From assembly GCF_003918875.1 (NCBI RefSeq), contig NW_025766968.1:4092001-4156000 (forward strand): a stretch of 64,000 bases of DNA, given 5' to 3'. The notes under the pieces were generated by a model, which did not search any database, had not been told where the DNA came from, and was given only the letters and a program-made list of their open reading frames with translations. Source of the stretch: Haliotis rubra. Taxonomy: Eukaryota. Positions 12,010 to 24,939 of the stretch are shown here, piece after piece. The stretch's first letter is position 1. Every line of letters starts with the position of its first letter. Both the position numbers and the translations under genes were made by a program.

Positions 12010-12700
12010 AATAGGTCCCTAGTACCCATGCTATAATCCCTTGCATTTCTCAGTAGGGATAGGTCACCAGTATCCATGGTATAATCCCTTGCATTTCTCA
12101 GTAGGGATAGGTCACCAGTACCCATGCTATAATCCCTTGCATTTCTCAGTAGGGATAGGTCACCAGTACCCATGCTATAATCCCTTGCATTTCTCAGTAG
12201 GGATAGGTCACCAGTACCCATGCTATAATCCCTTGCATTTCTCAGTAGGGATAGGTCACCAGTACCCATGCTATAATTCCTTGCATTTCTCAGTAAGGAT
12301 AGGTCATCAGTACCCATGCTATAATCCCTTGCATTTCTCAGTAGGGATAGGTCACCAGTACCCATGCTATAATCCCTTGCATTTCTCAGTAGGGATAGGT
12401 CACCAGTACCCATGCTATAATCCCTTGCATTTCTCAGTAGGGATAGGTCACCAGTACCCATGCTATAATCCCTTGCATTTCTCAGTAGGGATAGGTCACT
12501 ACCCATGCTATAATTCCTTGCATTTCTCAGTAGGGATAGGTCACCAGTACCCATGCTATAATCCCTTGCATTTCTCAGTAGGGATAGGTCACCAGTACCC
12601 ATGCTATAATTCCTTGCATTTCTCAGTAGGGATAGGTCACCAGTACCCATGCTATAATCCCTTGCATTTCTCAGTAGGGATAGGTCCCCAGTACCCATGC
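12010..12700. repeat. 48-bp minisatellite (~14 copies)
   Basis: Unit gtacccatgctataatcccttgcatttctcagtagggataggtcacca. Explains the repetitive ORFs here. Confidence 0.97.
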
Positions 12701-12844
12701 ATTATTCAGAGTAGGTCTTGTTTCTTGGTACCCACGTTTTCTCCCTTGGCTGCTCTCAGGAAGAACACTTCAACCAAACTCTGTTATGTGAAAGACAAAG
12801 CCAGCATGTTGCTGACTGTCTTAAAACTCACTCACTCAACTCGC

Positions 12845-13400
12845 CATGTCAACCAGACTGTGAAAATAGCTGTCGAAAAACTGTCAGCCTAACGGAGACA
12901 AACACAATACACCAACGCTTTCCTGTGGCCGTTTTTAGACACACCATATTTATCAGTATTATGACCCTTAAGCTATCTTCATAAATAACAGAACAATCTC
13001 TTATCAACCATAAAGCAATATTCAAAATCAACTCAGTGTGTGAGTCAATGAATGATTAGCGATGGCTGCGGATGATGATTTATATAATTTGAAATTTTAA
13101 AGTTCATTAAACTTTACCTTTACTTTTTTGCCTCCCCAAAAAGCCTGAGATATGGAAAGTGTCAGGAGTTGAGAGTATAGAGTCCCCAGCTCCCGCCTAA
13201 AGCTTAAACATGGGCTTTTTGCCACTGATGCGATCCATCAGTGGCTTTTCCTTCTCGTACATCACATGATGTGTTAGGTGCAGCCTCATCCCTGCTTCTG
13301 ACTGCACATACAAAACATTAACTGCAGATCAGAGTGTGATATTGCTGCTAGAAATGAAGAAAAGCAATAAAAGCAACATTACTACATCTCGAGCAGACGC
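12845..13400 (-). pseudogene. GPC: Probable Gn relic, unit B
   Basis: Signal-peptide-like MGKIASARDVVMLLLLLFFISS right after N; DCSVI~PCTVF; LVYC~VVYC. Weaker than other units. Confidence 0.5.
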
Positions 13401-13860
13401 TATCTTCCCCATCAGTGAAGGCTCTTTTCATAAAATGTTTATTTCTTTAGTTTATCTTGTAGAATGGAAATTAGGTAATTTGTTTACCATGCTTCCTCGC
13501 CATCTTCCTCATTTCAGGAAAAACTCTTCCTCAAGTCATTATGTATACACGTTATATTTGATTTTCACGCCTCCATATTGTATGTGTGAGGCTTGATGCA
13601 GGTGATGAGCATGTTTCTCTGGTGTTTAATGACCCTTCCGCTAGTCTTAGCCAACTGAAACAACCTGATCAGTTTGGTGATAAGACAAGCCAGGAGATCA
13701 CGTGATCTATTACTTCCCTTTGTTGAAAACTTAGCAAAAACGTAATTATCAACCAGCTGCGACATACCGCTACATGACTGATTTCTTGAGCACTATTTTT
13801 TTGTCTTTCTTTTTGTTGCTCTTCTTAGAACTTCTAAAAAGTTCTACCAGAGAGAGAACA
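13400..13860 (-). pseudogene. N: Hantavirus-like nucleocapsid relic, unit B
   Basis: SILQD|KLKK*TFYEKSL~SILQD...KLRKKSSFYQSYL (~13425-13470); ITKLIRLFQLAK~VMSVIGFLALAK (ORF 13565-13765). Confidence 0.85.
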
Positions 13861-14199
13861 GCCATTTCTTCATGCATCATGAATGGAGATTGTGGGTCTT
13901 CATTCAGTACATTTAAAAAGTATAAACATGTTTTAAATGTGAGATGAACATGTCTCCAAAATCATTCCTGACATTCTGTATTGGAATAAGATGAATTCAA
14001 AATCGATCTCTTAGAAATAAATCATCATTACTGACTGAGATTAAGAGATATTAGCTATCAATTATTGATATTATATCAGTGAATTTGGCATTACAAGGAC
14101 ATTAAGCTAATTAACTTTATTGTCATTCTGCTGTGACAGACATTCATGTTTTAACTCCTTGTAAAGTTTCATAACTTCGGCAATTCATTAAACATGAAA

Positions 14200-16260
14200 C
14201 CCAAGTGAAATGATGTTGGTGTTTGGATCAAATGGAACGTCACAACGTGAATTTCTGGTATATCTCCAACATGTTGCCACTTTGAGATCTGAGCGAAAAT
14301 GCCACTTTGAAGTGCTTCCCTCTCACAACAGACCACTAACAGTCGGACCCCTCAACACTCCCTCATCCAAAGGAATGAATAATAAAATCACCTATAGCTC
14401 AAACGGAAATGAAGGAATGAAAGAAATATATGTCCGCTGAACCTGGGAAATAGAATTAATTCCTGCAAGGAAAAGACATGGCGAAAAGTACGATTTGTCA
14501 TTTTTTGCTATCAAAAATGTTTCACGCAAAATTTAATTTCAAACTGCATGGTCTCAGCATGTTACGCAATTGTCACGATCAAGTTTTACATACAAATGTC
14601 AGGAGTACTATGAATTTAACTGTTGTCCAGGGACTAAATCGTTTTTAAAGGTTACATTAAACGAAAGTAAAAGTGATAGATATCAAGCGATACATTTTTT
14701 TTACATTATTATGTCGCAATGGCGTATGATCTTATTCAGTGTTAACGTCAACCTGATCTTCAGTCTGAAGGAACAATGGCAGTAAAACAGAAAAGATTAG
14801 ATGCTAGCAATGCATCCTTGCAAGCTTCAGGGGAATCTTGTTTTCTTCAGTTTTTATTTGTGTGAAGAACACATTCAGCAATCTCCAATTTTATGCCTGT
14901 GCGTCTAATAAAATAAATAAAATTTGTAAAATACGTCATGGGATTAACTTTCATCAACCTCTATCTAAATGAAAAATGCCAGTCTTTGTTAATGGCAAGG
15001 GTTTGAGGTGGCATATCACCCGATCAGAGCAAGCCTGTATATTTGATCTCGGTCTTGATTCATGGTGTGTGTTATTGATTAAAGTTCCAAAGGATTAGAT
15101 TTTATTGTTTTGCCACACAATTAGGTTAGTAAATGGAAGTCAATAATCTTTGATGACCATGTCTCAAATCAATAAGGAAAAAAAGAAAGCCTCATCTATT
15201 GGACAGAGTCTTGTGGCTGACCAGATGAGATCATTGAGATAGCAGCAGCAGACCAATCTGCTTGGTAAGATCGCTGAAAGATTCCTATACATCCCTCCAA
15301 TGTAAAGTCTCATTCAGTGTGTACGTACAGCTTTCTGTAAATTGTATCATTTACGGATGGTAGTAACACCAGCATTAACAGACTCGCTTGCATTTATGAT
15401 GGGAAAATTGCTTCCGCACTTCTCCTGGAGAGTGCTTGCATATAGCTATTGTCATAAAGAAGTGTCAGTTTCGTAGGCATAAACCACATCACAACACTTC
15501 AGGTTTCAGTAGGAAACGAAGTTGTCATTAAAAACAGAGGTCATTACGAGAGTGATTTTTCATAAAAACCTGGCGTAACGATGCCTAAAATTGTCCAATG
15601 CAACACGCAACACATTGACTTACATGTTCTGACAGAAAACAGATTTTTAAAGCATTTGTGTTGGAAATAAAATGTTTATGGCTGTGGTGACCTATGCCTT
15701 GTTGTCTGAGTATCTTGTCAGCTTGAGTCTGTGATTGACCAAGAGCAGCTTACAATGTATCCGTACTCGTAAAGTTGTACTGAGTCGGTGAGGAGATGTG
15801 GATACTTAGGAGAAAATTGTACAGATGTGGCTTAAAGGTTAATCATATGTCACGCAAGTGGAAGCAATGAAAGACACTTACACTGTGTTCAAAGGGTACA
15901 ATTTTGTTCACATAGATCATACTTGTGCAATGGGCAAACATTTTGATGTGCTTGAAAAACAATTAAACTTCTGGATATATTGTTCTCTAAGGATTGAATG
16001 GCCTTGAGTTAGGAGACTAGGATTTCAAAGGATGTGCTGAAAAATGTATACATAGTCTGGACTCAAGAAATCCTCATTCTGCTTTGAAATCTCAGGTCGT
16101 TATGATGCTATGAGGATCAACACTAACACTGGCCATAGATGCTCATTAAAGTTTTAATTCAGAAGGAAACTTCTGTAACATATTCGTTGGTATGGCACCA
16201 TTGCACATGAAGGTGCTTGCTTGTCATGACAAAATCTGGTTTTGATCCCAAATTGGTGCC
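14200..16260 (-). pseudogene. L: Hantavirus-like L relic (motif B/C region onward), unit C
   Basis: IYPEV*LFFK..FAH~LFPELDCFFEFAH; QGIG..HK~AGIG..DK; IGQF~LGQF; IVTP~IFTP; LYDNSYMQALSRRS~LNDPSIVTAMTMQS. Confidence 0.75.
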
Positions 16261-16286
16261 ATCAATACAGCCTGTTCTTTACATCT

Positions 16287-16500
16287 GGTGGTGTGGTAGC
16301 ATTTACTTGTCATACCGGAGACCTAGGTTTGATTCCCGACATGGGAACAATGTCAGAAGCCCATTTGTGATGTCCAGCCATGATATTGCTGGGATATTGA
16401 TAAAAGCAGCACTAAACCCAACTCACTCACTCACTCATTTCTGGTGTCCCTCGCCATGATATTGCTACAATATTGCAAAAAAATGGTGTAAAACTCACTC
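16287..16500 (+). mobile_element. tRNA-derived SINE family B with duplicated 3' half
   Basis: Matches the family B consensus. The ttctggtgtcc..atattgc..actcactc segment occurs twice. Confidence 0.85.
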
Positions 16501-16519
16501 CAACTATGTATAAGGATTA

Positions 16520-17320
16520 TTTTATGTTTCCACATACTCTTCTCTAAGAAGCGGTCGTCTTACATGTCATGCATATCATTATGCAAAGTTACGTCCCTTA
16601 GTTGTCCCAGCATCTGATTATCATGCCTCATGGTTTCCCAGCACCCTACCCGTGACATTGACCAGAGTGGTCAACGTCTGAGATCTGAATCACTGTTTTT
16701 CCCGCAATCCCTGAAATACTGTACAAAGCAGTATTTACAAATCTCACATACATACTTGAAACTCTGACTTTACTCTGTGTAATATCTATTGATTTAGTAT
16801 CTTTAAATAATTGGTCAATTGAGATAAATGGTTAGTGAATCAGAAAATTGTATCAACTTCTATTTAGAATTAGCCCCCTTCAATGTCTTATGTTCGCATT
16901 ATAAAACATACAACCATAATTCAACTCACTCTCACTCACTCACTCACTCGATCACTCACTCACTCGCTCACTCACTTGCTCACTCACTCACATCCCTTTT
17001 TGTGAGGAACTCGACTCACTATCTAGTTTAAGGTCAAATTACTGATTGGACTGAACCATGTCTGTAAGGAAACCAAATTGTTTGGGTACATTAATATCAC
17101 TCAGGAGAGACTGGAGTGTTGTGTCAGCCCTGCAAAAACAGACATAATAGGTAAACATGCTTTTTTTACGCCAACACCTATCTGTGCCGACCTCTAATAG
17201 CTTGTTGTATATAGCAAAGTGCCTATAACCGAGTTGCTGTTGTATGGAAGATGTAAATTGATATTCATGACATATCTCACTATGGACAGTGCCACTTCAA
17301 AAAGTACACAGCAAAAAGTT
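16520..17320 (-). pseudogene. GPC: Hantavirus-like Gn relic, unit C (contains (ACTC)n at 16921-16990)
   Basis: RYVMNIN..SNSVIG~RNVYDMK..ENSVIG (NSVIG at 17221-17235); GIAGKTVIQI~GVAHSIAVEL. Confidence 0.7.
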
Positions 17321-17329
17321 CTTAATGCA

Positions 17330-17900
17330 ATTTACTAAGCTGGAAAACTCTCTTACTAGTCTGGCTCAAGTTCCTGAGTTGTTGAAACACCACTAGAGAA
17401 GGCCTAACTCAGCCCAGTGTGACTTGTTAGAGTAGCAGGATTGAGGCATGAAAGCCACCCACTCACTGCTAACTATATGACTACTTGTAATGGCTGCCAT
17501 TTGTGGCACTTACAGCTCAGACACTCGAGAATATGGAGGTGCTTGTCATAAATGTGTCATAGATGGGATGTTAGTTTGTTGCCCAGAAACACTAAAGACC
17601 AAGCTTTGCCCCACTTTTTGCCCCAGCACTCTCATATCCAAGGCATCTCAGATGAAATTTTAATGGGGATTTAGTCTTTCACTTGCCTTCAAGGACACAG
17701 ATGATGAATAGAATACATTGATTTCAAGGACTTATGCTTGTTTTTGTATAAGCTAGGGATTCAAACCAGCGGAACAAGTTGAATATGTCTTTGAATCCTT
17801 GACATGGTTCAACATTGATTCCGATTTTTCACCATTTCTGAAAACGGCTTTGTCTGTTTAAAGGAGCTTTCCTTCACTTATTTTACTCAATCAGTTCCCA
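17330..17900 (-). pseudogene. N: Hantavirus-like nucleocapsid relic, unit C
   Basis: LKASERLNP~IKARQMISP; SEWVAFMPQSC~SIWVFAGAPDRC; AELG (~17402-17413); FQQLRN~LQDMRN. Confidence 0.8.
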
Positions 17901-17929
17901 TTCCACTCTCCATTCTCAGTTTTACACAT

Positions 17930-18250
17930 CTTCACATCTCATCACTAAATTGTTCCAGAATTATTGCAAGACATCCCCTAGCTGGTCTCGCCAGTGGTTG
18001 GCTTGCTCCGTTTCATATCGTGAAGCCCTCAAGGACATAACTTTAATCAACATTTGAGCATGAATTCATTCACTGTTTACGCTTTTTGTCAAATATGATA
18101 TTTTTATTCAAGCTTAAGGCTATTTGTACATGATTGAAATTTTCTTGTTAATTTCATCACTGACTGAACAAACAGCATTCCTCGGTGTGTAGAGCTCATG
18201 CCTAATGAGACGATGATCCAGCATCTTCATGATCAAGCTACATGCTTTCT
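17930..18250 (-). pseudogene. L: Hantavirus-like L endonuclease relic, unit D
   Basis: LDHRLIRHEL~LDRLYAVRHDI; INKKI~LEKKI; VMSLRA..NHW~VVAVRT..TQW. Confidence 0.6.
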
Positions 18251-18286
18251 GGTTTATACTAGCTTTATGAGTCTGGTTGGGTGAGT

Positions 18287-18427
18287 NNNNNNNNNNNNNN
18301 NNNNNNNNNNNNNNNNNNNNNNNNNNNNNNNNNNNNNNNNNNNNNNNNNNNNNNNNNNNNNNNNNNNNNNNNNNNNNNNNNNNNNNNNNNNNNNNNNNNN
18401 NNNNNNNNNNNNNNNNNNNNNNNNNNN
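18287..18427. other. Assembly gap (141 N)
   Basis: Run of n. Confidence 1.
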
Positions 18428-18750
18428 TGGAAGTGAGTGAGTGAGTGAGGGATGTGAGGGATAGAAGTGAGTTAGTGAGTGATAAAAGTAAGTGAGTGAT
18501 GAAAGTGAGTAAGTGAGTGATAGAAGTGAGTTAGTGAGTGATAGAAGTGAGTAATGAAAGTGAGTCAGTGAGTGATAGAAGTGAGTTAGTGATGAAAGTG
18601 AATAAGTGAGTGATAGAAGTGAGTTAGTGATAGATGTGAGTTAGTGAGTGATGGAAGTGAGTGAGTGGTGAGTGAGGGATGTGAGTGAGTGAGTGACTGA
18701 GGGATGTGAGTGAGTGTCAGTGAGTGAGTGATGGAAGTTAGTGAGTGAGT
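18428..18750. repeat. Compound (GAGT)n-derived simple satellite
   Basis: Repeated gtgagt/gatagaa units next to the gap. Confidence 0.95.
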
Positions 18751-18769
18751 TGTTCAGAGAAATGTTGGT

Positions 18770-19040
18770 CTGTAGTTAGGTGTAGAAATGGGAGTACAAG
18801 TGTGTGACCAAATTCCTGATATTAACTCATAACATCACTTTCTGTCGAACCCCAACCTTCTATATAGACTATATAGGCAGTCCTACAGACACTGGAGCAA
18901 TGGATGGTTATAACGCTAGCTGGTTGAATATGACAAACATCAGCTTGCTCCACACTTTATCTCCATACAGACATCTTCACAAGTAGACAAATTGTTTGAA
19001 CTAACCCAATTAAAATAGTCTTAAACCCAATTTTCAAACA
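18770..19040 (-). pseudogene. GPC: Gn N-terminal relic, unit D
   Basis: MFENWV.. followed by DVCMEIKC~NVYDMKIEC, directly after the end of N. Confidence 0.55.
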
Positions 19041-19400
19041 TCACAGTGTTATCAGTTAAGCTTTTGAGTCAATTGATAAATATGTTAGAAGCTTCAGATT
19101 GTCATCTCTGTCAAGATGGCTGCCAGATGATACTCCCCTACCAGCTACTCTTTGCTTCATTTGACACATGGAAATCTTTGTTTGATCTAGATCTGAACTC
19201 CATCATCTGTTAGAAACTTATGCTGCATTTCCTTTGCCACTGTAAGACTGGAAGTATTAAAGGCTGTCACTTTCCTATCAATCAACAGTATTTGTAGAAA
19301 GTCATTTTCTCCAAAGATCCCATTAATATAAAAATGACAAATTCCAATGATTTCTTTTGTCATAAGCAGCAATTATTGAACTCACACACTTTTTAACTCA
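19030..19400 (-). pseudogene. N: Hantavirus-like nucleocapsid C-terminal relic, unit D
   Basis: CHFYINGI..FLQIL..R~CLFIAGI..FFSIL..R (ORF 19187-19372); GVQ/LDQ~GIQLDQ; EYHL~NFHL; LKLL..IDSK~LRTL..IDVK. Confidence 0.8.
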
Positions 19401-19609
19401 TCTTCACATAATTAAAATTGACATTTAAAATCCATAGGATGCATATACTAAACAAATGAGTTAGGTTTACCAGTAATAACTGATAGATCATACTTTGATT
19501 TCAGACTCACCTATTGTCTGTGTGTATTGTTGCATTAAATTAGATGAATCTGAATCTTTATAGTCATTTCAAACAAATTGTAGCTTGAAATGTTCATATT
19601 GAGTAGTAT

Positions 19610-19777
19610 GGTGGGGTGGCCTAGTGGTTAAAGCATTCGCTTGTCACGCTGAAGTCCCGGGTTCAATTCCGCACATGGGCACAATGTGTGAAGCCTATTT
19701 CTGGTGTCCTCAGACATGGAATTGCTGGAATATCACTAAAAGTGGCTTAAAACCATATTCACTCACTCACTCACTCA
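19610..19777 (+). mobile_element. tRNA-derived SINE family B
   Basis: tggcctagtggttaa A box, gggttcaattcc B box, (ACTC)n tail. Confidence 0.9.
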
Positions 19778-20289
19778 TATTGAGTAATCTTCAGTAATCT
19801 GTCATGTTGAAGCTTTTTGTTCTTTCTCCTTGTCCCTTTGCAGACATTTCACTGAATGTGGCATTTTCCTCTAAATTATAAGAACCCAAAAGAAAAAATG
19901 GTGATTGGCAAAACGAAGTCATGAATATATTTGGATAAATTCATTTTCAAAGTATTTTGCAAATATTTTTTCCTTTCTCATTTATGCAATGTTTGAATTA
20001 AAAAAATTAAAGAAATCAGACTGGTCAAAACATTTGTATAATATAAGTATATTTTAAACATTCTTTTTAGCGGCATTCACATCTCATAAAAACAATTTGA
20101 GGAGTTGGGTTTAATGCCACTAAATTTCAGTAATATGATGGCATGTCATCCGAGTCTGGGAGGAAAACACGAAGTGATGCAGATCTCAAAAGTATACCAC
20201 TTTGGTGAAACCGGAGTCAAACCCATGATCACTTGTTACTGGCATGTCCAAGGGAGGCAACTCTGATTGCCCTTAGATGACTGGGCGAC

Positions 20290-23200
20290 CTGCATATCAT
20301 CATATGGAATAATATTTGTTTAATCATTTGAAGGAAAGGGTACAAGTGGAACAAAAGCTTATATAAATGAAAATCAGTTGTAATACAATCAGTTTCTCCT
20401 GGGTCTGATTTGGATATCTTTTGTTTAATGTGTTTTGTTAAATTTGTTGAACTGGATTCACATTTGTGAACTGGATTGTTCAAAATGACACTACCTAAAT
20501 ACATTCCTTGCACAAACACAAAGTTGTAAAACTGAAAAAGAAGTGAGTCTCGTGTTTCAAGATGGCGTCTTCGGTTACCTCACAAATCTGTTGGTTACGA
20601 CACCCTATAGTTTGCTCTGTTTATTTTACTGTATTTTCAATATTGTTAGAACAGATGCATCTAAGGAAAACAACGTGACAAGATTTCCAGATAACAAGTG
20701 AGGGAAGTTGTGCACAAGGATCTGATGTTTCTCACGTAAACCTAATACAGCTTGAAACCAGCACAAAATTTTGACTTTTTGTCATTTATTTTTAACAAAT
20801 ACAAGCAGCTAAACCCTTTCCATTTCCACAAAAACCTTTGCAAGAGCAGAGTTGACTACAATTTTGACTATATGTTTATGAATCACTATTGCATAAGAGT
20901 TATGTGTTGTAGATAGTCGAATGTACACAGACACTGACAATTTAGAAATTGTTGGACAAATTTTGACAATTTTACACCGATACTGTCATAAAACTCATTT
21001 TTGAAAAGAATCGCTGTTGCATCTGATCTCTGACATATTCTAAACTTTTGGATAGTGATATATAAACACATCGGAATCGTTCAGCAGACTTTGCTTTTAG
21101 CAGAGATTTCTTATAATCATGGAAAGAGTTTTGTCACCTATAATAAGTGATATATTATTAATATATATAAATATTATGATATTTTTTCTGATATTTATCC
21201 TGGTGTTACATCTTAGAAAGCAATACCTCTAAGTGCACTTATCAGTCATGGTACGATTTGACTCTGTTTTTCAAACAGGATTTGTAAGTTGCTGAAATCA
21301 ATTATTTATGAAAATCTGAAGAATAAATATTTTCGGAGAGTGTGTGTGTTTATATATCACAATTTCTGGAGGCCAGTAGGTCTGTCGCTTCTTAAGTTTA
21401 CAAAAGGATGCTTCTATTTGCATTACAATCTTGTCTCTGGATGAAAAACCTGTTTGTTAGTAATTCACTGACAGCCTTTGTGGTTCTTTCATATTCTTGT
21501 TATTTTTATTAAAGCAGTGGACAGGAAGATATCATTTGCAGAATTATGAAAACGGTTCCTGTTTACTGTCCACAATAACACATACCTGATACAGGAGAAG
21601 CACTAAGCACTTTTGTTCGAGTTGTTTTTATTCCCGCATTTCATAATATGGCTGCTGATGGATCATGTCATTAATACTGACAGTTTTTAAGCAGCTTCCC
21701 AGACATTGCAGATGAGTGGTGTATGATTTAGTGATGAGAGCCTGCTGCTACAAAACTTTAACTTTCACTCTTGTTGAGACTGAAACGAATTTGGAATGGT
21801 AGAAGAACTTTTTGGCATGAAAATGACATATGCAATTAATCTTCATTCCTAATACAATTGTGTTAATTTTTAAAATGGAAAAGTGAAAAAACATTGTAGA
21901 TGTATCTTTCTAAACATCAATGTATTACCATTAATGATGACTCATTGTCAAATCCAGGTTTTGATATAACTCATACAAGACAGCTGCACAATTTGCTGCC
22001 TGAAAAATATGACATTCTATTGACCAACATAAATAGAACATATACAGACCAACATAATTCTCAGCCAGTGAGCTTTTAAAAACTTACAAACCTCAGAAAT
22101 TTACATTCTTGCAATAAAAAATGCCACAATTGAAAATCCATCGAGATCCCTTAAAGCGTTATGATAAACATTTCAACATAGACAGAATTACAAAAACAAT
22201 AAATAAATCTATTTTGATATGTTAGTAGGAGATACTTTTTTAAGTCATGATCAGAAATTTGAATAAAACTATATTTATGTTAATAGACTGGCTTCTCAAT
22301 CTTTCATAGATACAACTACACAAAAACAATACAAAAGAAAACTCTGTGAATTGTAATATCAGCTGATCAAGTGAATTGTGTGTAATACATGTATAAGTTA
22401 CAGAAAAAAGCATGACAAATTTTCCCATAATCATTAGAAATCTCTACTACACACAGATTCCACTTTACAGTTAATATACTGAAGCATGTTATTAATCGTT
22501 ATTAAATAGTGGGGACACCAGGTGTTCCACCTTGTGTGGAAATCTGTTTCCTTGTTGCTTAACACCAGACAAATTTGATTACTTTTATTCATGGATTGAC
22601 CTATCCCTTTTTAGTCTTCTTCAAACAAACAAAATTGTAGCTGGAAGTAATTCTGTTTCAATTCTTTTATTCCCTCCCCCTTCTCTGACAGAAATTACAC
22701 CTGATGCAAAAAGGAAGCATTCTTTCAATAATAAAACCCCAAATGAAACACTCTAAATAATATAAAGATATATCATATAAATCTAACAGTAAAAAATATC
22801 TGTGAACCAAAGAATTAAAAAATGTGGCCTTTGAAGGTTGTACAGAATTTTACAGGCTGTGAGCCAGACTGAGATCTCATGGAATACAAAACCATTGTTA
22901 AGTCCCATCAATACTGCTAATGGCACATGTAACTCATAAAATTCATCATTAGTGCTTGAAATGCACTTGAAACTTTGGAGGTAAAAATAGAGTAAAACCA
23001 AGAAAAACCCAGATAACAATAATTTTAGAACAGTGTTGAAACTTTGGGTCCCGAGTGCTATATTTTACGTTAGTTGGTTCCTAAGAAACTCAATAATTCA
23101 TCAAAAAAATTTACCCTCAAGGTGTCTCGCGCCCTTGGTATTGGTTTTCTGAAGTTGGACGTGTTTCCCTGCTGCTTATTAAAACGCCCATGTTTTGGAC

Positions 23201-24600
23201 TATTCTGTGTGTTGCAGTAAACAAGGAAATATGTCCACTTTCTGGCACTCTAGCTGAACACAGATCAATCCGAACCTGTCATACAGCATATGTTGGCCTA
23301 TGATTAACACCCTCTTGGCTATTGATAGAATAATCTCCAGTTGGAGAGGCAGGAAAGTGCCATAGGTTTCAGCATCGCTGTAGAAGAGCCTGACAAATAC
23401 CAACCAGCTGACGGGTTTAATTTTGTTGAGTAAGGATTAGTTGTGGACAAGCGGTATATGCATCTGTTGAAGCTACACATGTTCAGGACAGTGTTTGAAA
23501 CTGTTCCTCATGTTTGCCATCAGAAGCAACCTGTTTACTTCAAAAACATTTCCGATATTTATTTGTCAAGCTAAGACTTCATGAAGACTCAATTTTTGTC
23601 TTTGATGGATTTTTGGGCAAGTTATTTCTGAAAATGGAGTTGAGACAGATTTTAAGTAAAATCCTATGAACTTGTTCATGATGGAATAAGATTATTTTGA
23701 ATCTCAACAAAAAAAGAAAATCAATTTCCTGGAAAGGAATTTAAATGTTAGCCAAACTAGTGCCATTTCCCAAGGCTGAAATATCGATGATGAAAATGCT
23801 TCTTACAATGACATTAAAACATCCATTTCATAAAAACCTACACAAAATACAACTGGATGCAAATGTATGGATGCTGAAGTGGGTTCGAGGAACATCCCTC
23901 CTGCCATTAAGTGTCAAAGTCTCATTCACCTTGTTTAAGTTTGTAAGTTTGTTAGCGTCAGAAAAGCGCTTATCCATTTCATTTACCATCACATACCTAC
24001 GAGCTGCCTGTCAGCCCAACAAGGGGACTATTTATTTTGGGTCAAATTTAAGCTATACCTTGGAAAAAACAAGTGAAACTTTTCCTTCTGTTAATTTAAG
24101 AAAAGTAACAAAGTCAAATGTGAGTGCTGATGCAGAAAATTGTTACAATCCTTGACATGTGATGTTGGTTTTCTGTCCAGCTTGACATCCCTCGCTGTCA
24201 AGAGAGACAGACTGGCATATGCGTTTAACATTTCCAGCTTTCTGAGGCAGTAAATTAAAAGAAGTTGAACTGCATTGCACTCCCCATCTTCAGAGACAAG
24301 GAATGTGTGACTGACATGTGTTGTTTGTGTTTGTTTGACAAAACATGAACTTGAACATTTTACACTTGGCTCTCAACATCACGCCTGCCTCAAATGAACT
24401 GTCAGGGTTGGAGGTGGGCTTCAGGGCTTAGATTGGAACAAGTTGAAATTCATGGCATTATTTCAGGGTTTGGTATTTTCCACTTCTTACTTCGGAATGA
24501 TGGGGGAGTTATTGAGGAAAGGTCATGCATATTACCTTGTCTGGGAAGCTCATAGACCAGCATGTACTTGAATATGTTTCAATGGAAGAGGAGAAAGTGT
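20290..24600 (-). pseudogene. L: Hantavirus-like L relic spanning N- to C-terminus, heavily deleted, unit E
   Basis: FEAGV~YEAGL; VRSIF~IRSVF; VR.FYSDAE..TFLP.LEII..IAK~VRKYQRTEAD..TTLP..LEII..IAK (ORF 23200-23403, motif F); ARKWT~ATKWS (motif A); HDPS~NDPS; FPHLLSGN~FPHVVVGD; LYPFLQMIKQILF~MHPFLKMLADYIF (ORF 20229-20519). Confidence 0.85.
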
Positions 24601-24939
24601 TAATATTGACAGATTCATTTATTTGTTTTATGAATTGTCTTGGTCAGTATGCAAAGATGCAGGAAGAAAAATATAATATAAAACTATAAATGTGAAATTT
24701 AAGGTATTTCCTTAAGAAATAAGATTTGTTTCAACAAAATTTAAAATCTCTCAACAGAACATATTTTCAATAAAAACAAAATTTTAATTTTATATATGTG
24801 TTTTTTATTCTTTCACATTATCAGGAATGGCTTTTCTGCATAACGGCAAAACTTGTTGTGGTTAAAGAAACATGATTTAAAAAAACAACTCAAGATGATG
24901 TGACTTAAAAAATTGTATTATATTCTCATACAAAGTCTT

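Noticed and set aside
7420-12700. CRISPR arrays
   Set aside because: The units are contiguous with no unique spacers, there are no cas genes, and the context is eukaryotic.
11385-12892. Long ORFs (209-283 aa) as protein-coding genes
   Set aside because: They are stop-free readings of tandem repeats. The same applies at 28082-28548, 45802-46195, 62499-62970 and 63393-63814.
20555-20575. YY1-type promoter motif (aagatggcg)
   Set aside because: Isolated short motif inside an L relic, with no associated gene or CpG island.
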